From: Carcharhinus longimanus
Lineage: Eukaryota
NCBI GenBank assembly: GCA_030264375.1
Contig: JASCQW010000162.1
Coordinates: 46,875,544-46,939,543, forward strand
Reading direction: 5' to 3'
DNA length: 64,000 nucleotides
In this document: one piece after another, positions 63,951 to 64,000 of the stretch
How positions within the stretch are numbered: the first letter of the stretch is position 1
How the letters are laid out: every line of letters starts with the position of its first letter
Program-made: the position numbers and the translations under genes
The notes under the pieces: generated by a model
Told to the model about the DNA's origin: nothing
The model's input: the letters and a program-made list of their open reading frames with translations, nothing else
The model's database searches: none

Positions 63951-64000
63951 ACATGTCTTGGTGCATCTCAGGTAATTGACAGTTCTTCTAATGTTAATGT

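Overview
Eukaryotic, repeat-rich genomic DNA, very likely from a shark. The evidence is HE1-type tRNA/V-domain SINEs, CR1/HER1-like LINEs and shark-type Penelope and Harbinger repeats. The assembly is gapped, with 7 N-gaps. I found no intact protein-coding gene or convincing host exon, so the window looks intergenic or deep intronic. Recognisable coding remnants are all transposon fossils: CR1, L2, RTE, Rex1/Babar, Penelope RT, and a ~4.5 kb PIF/Harbinger carrying both its Myb-like and transposase genes. The most notable items are: (1) a 161-bp non-autonomous Penelope-type element at 8662-8822 with an intact minimal hammerhead ribozyme core, a 37-bp inverted duplication that pairs with that core, and a 13-bp target-site duplication, plus a second family member and three decayed hammerhead termini; (2) an interleaved A-B-A'-B' inverted duplication at 40837-41164; (3) a full-length tRNA-Asp retrocopy with a 10-bp TSD and a non-poly(A) tail; (4) an unclassified TTAA-ended MITE; (5) several repeat-free, homeodomain-motif-rich blocks that may be conserved enhancers. 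All family assignments come from motif recognition by eye, not database searches, and boundaries of old repeats are approximate.
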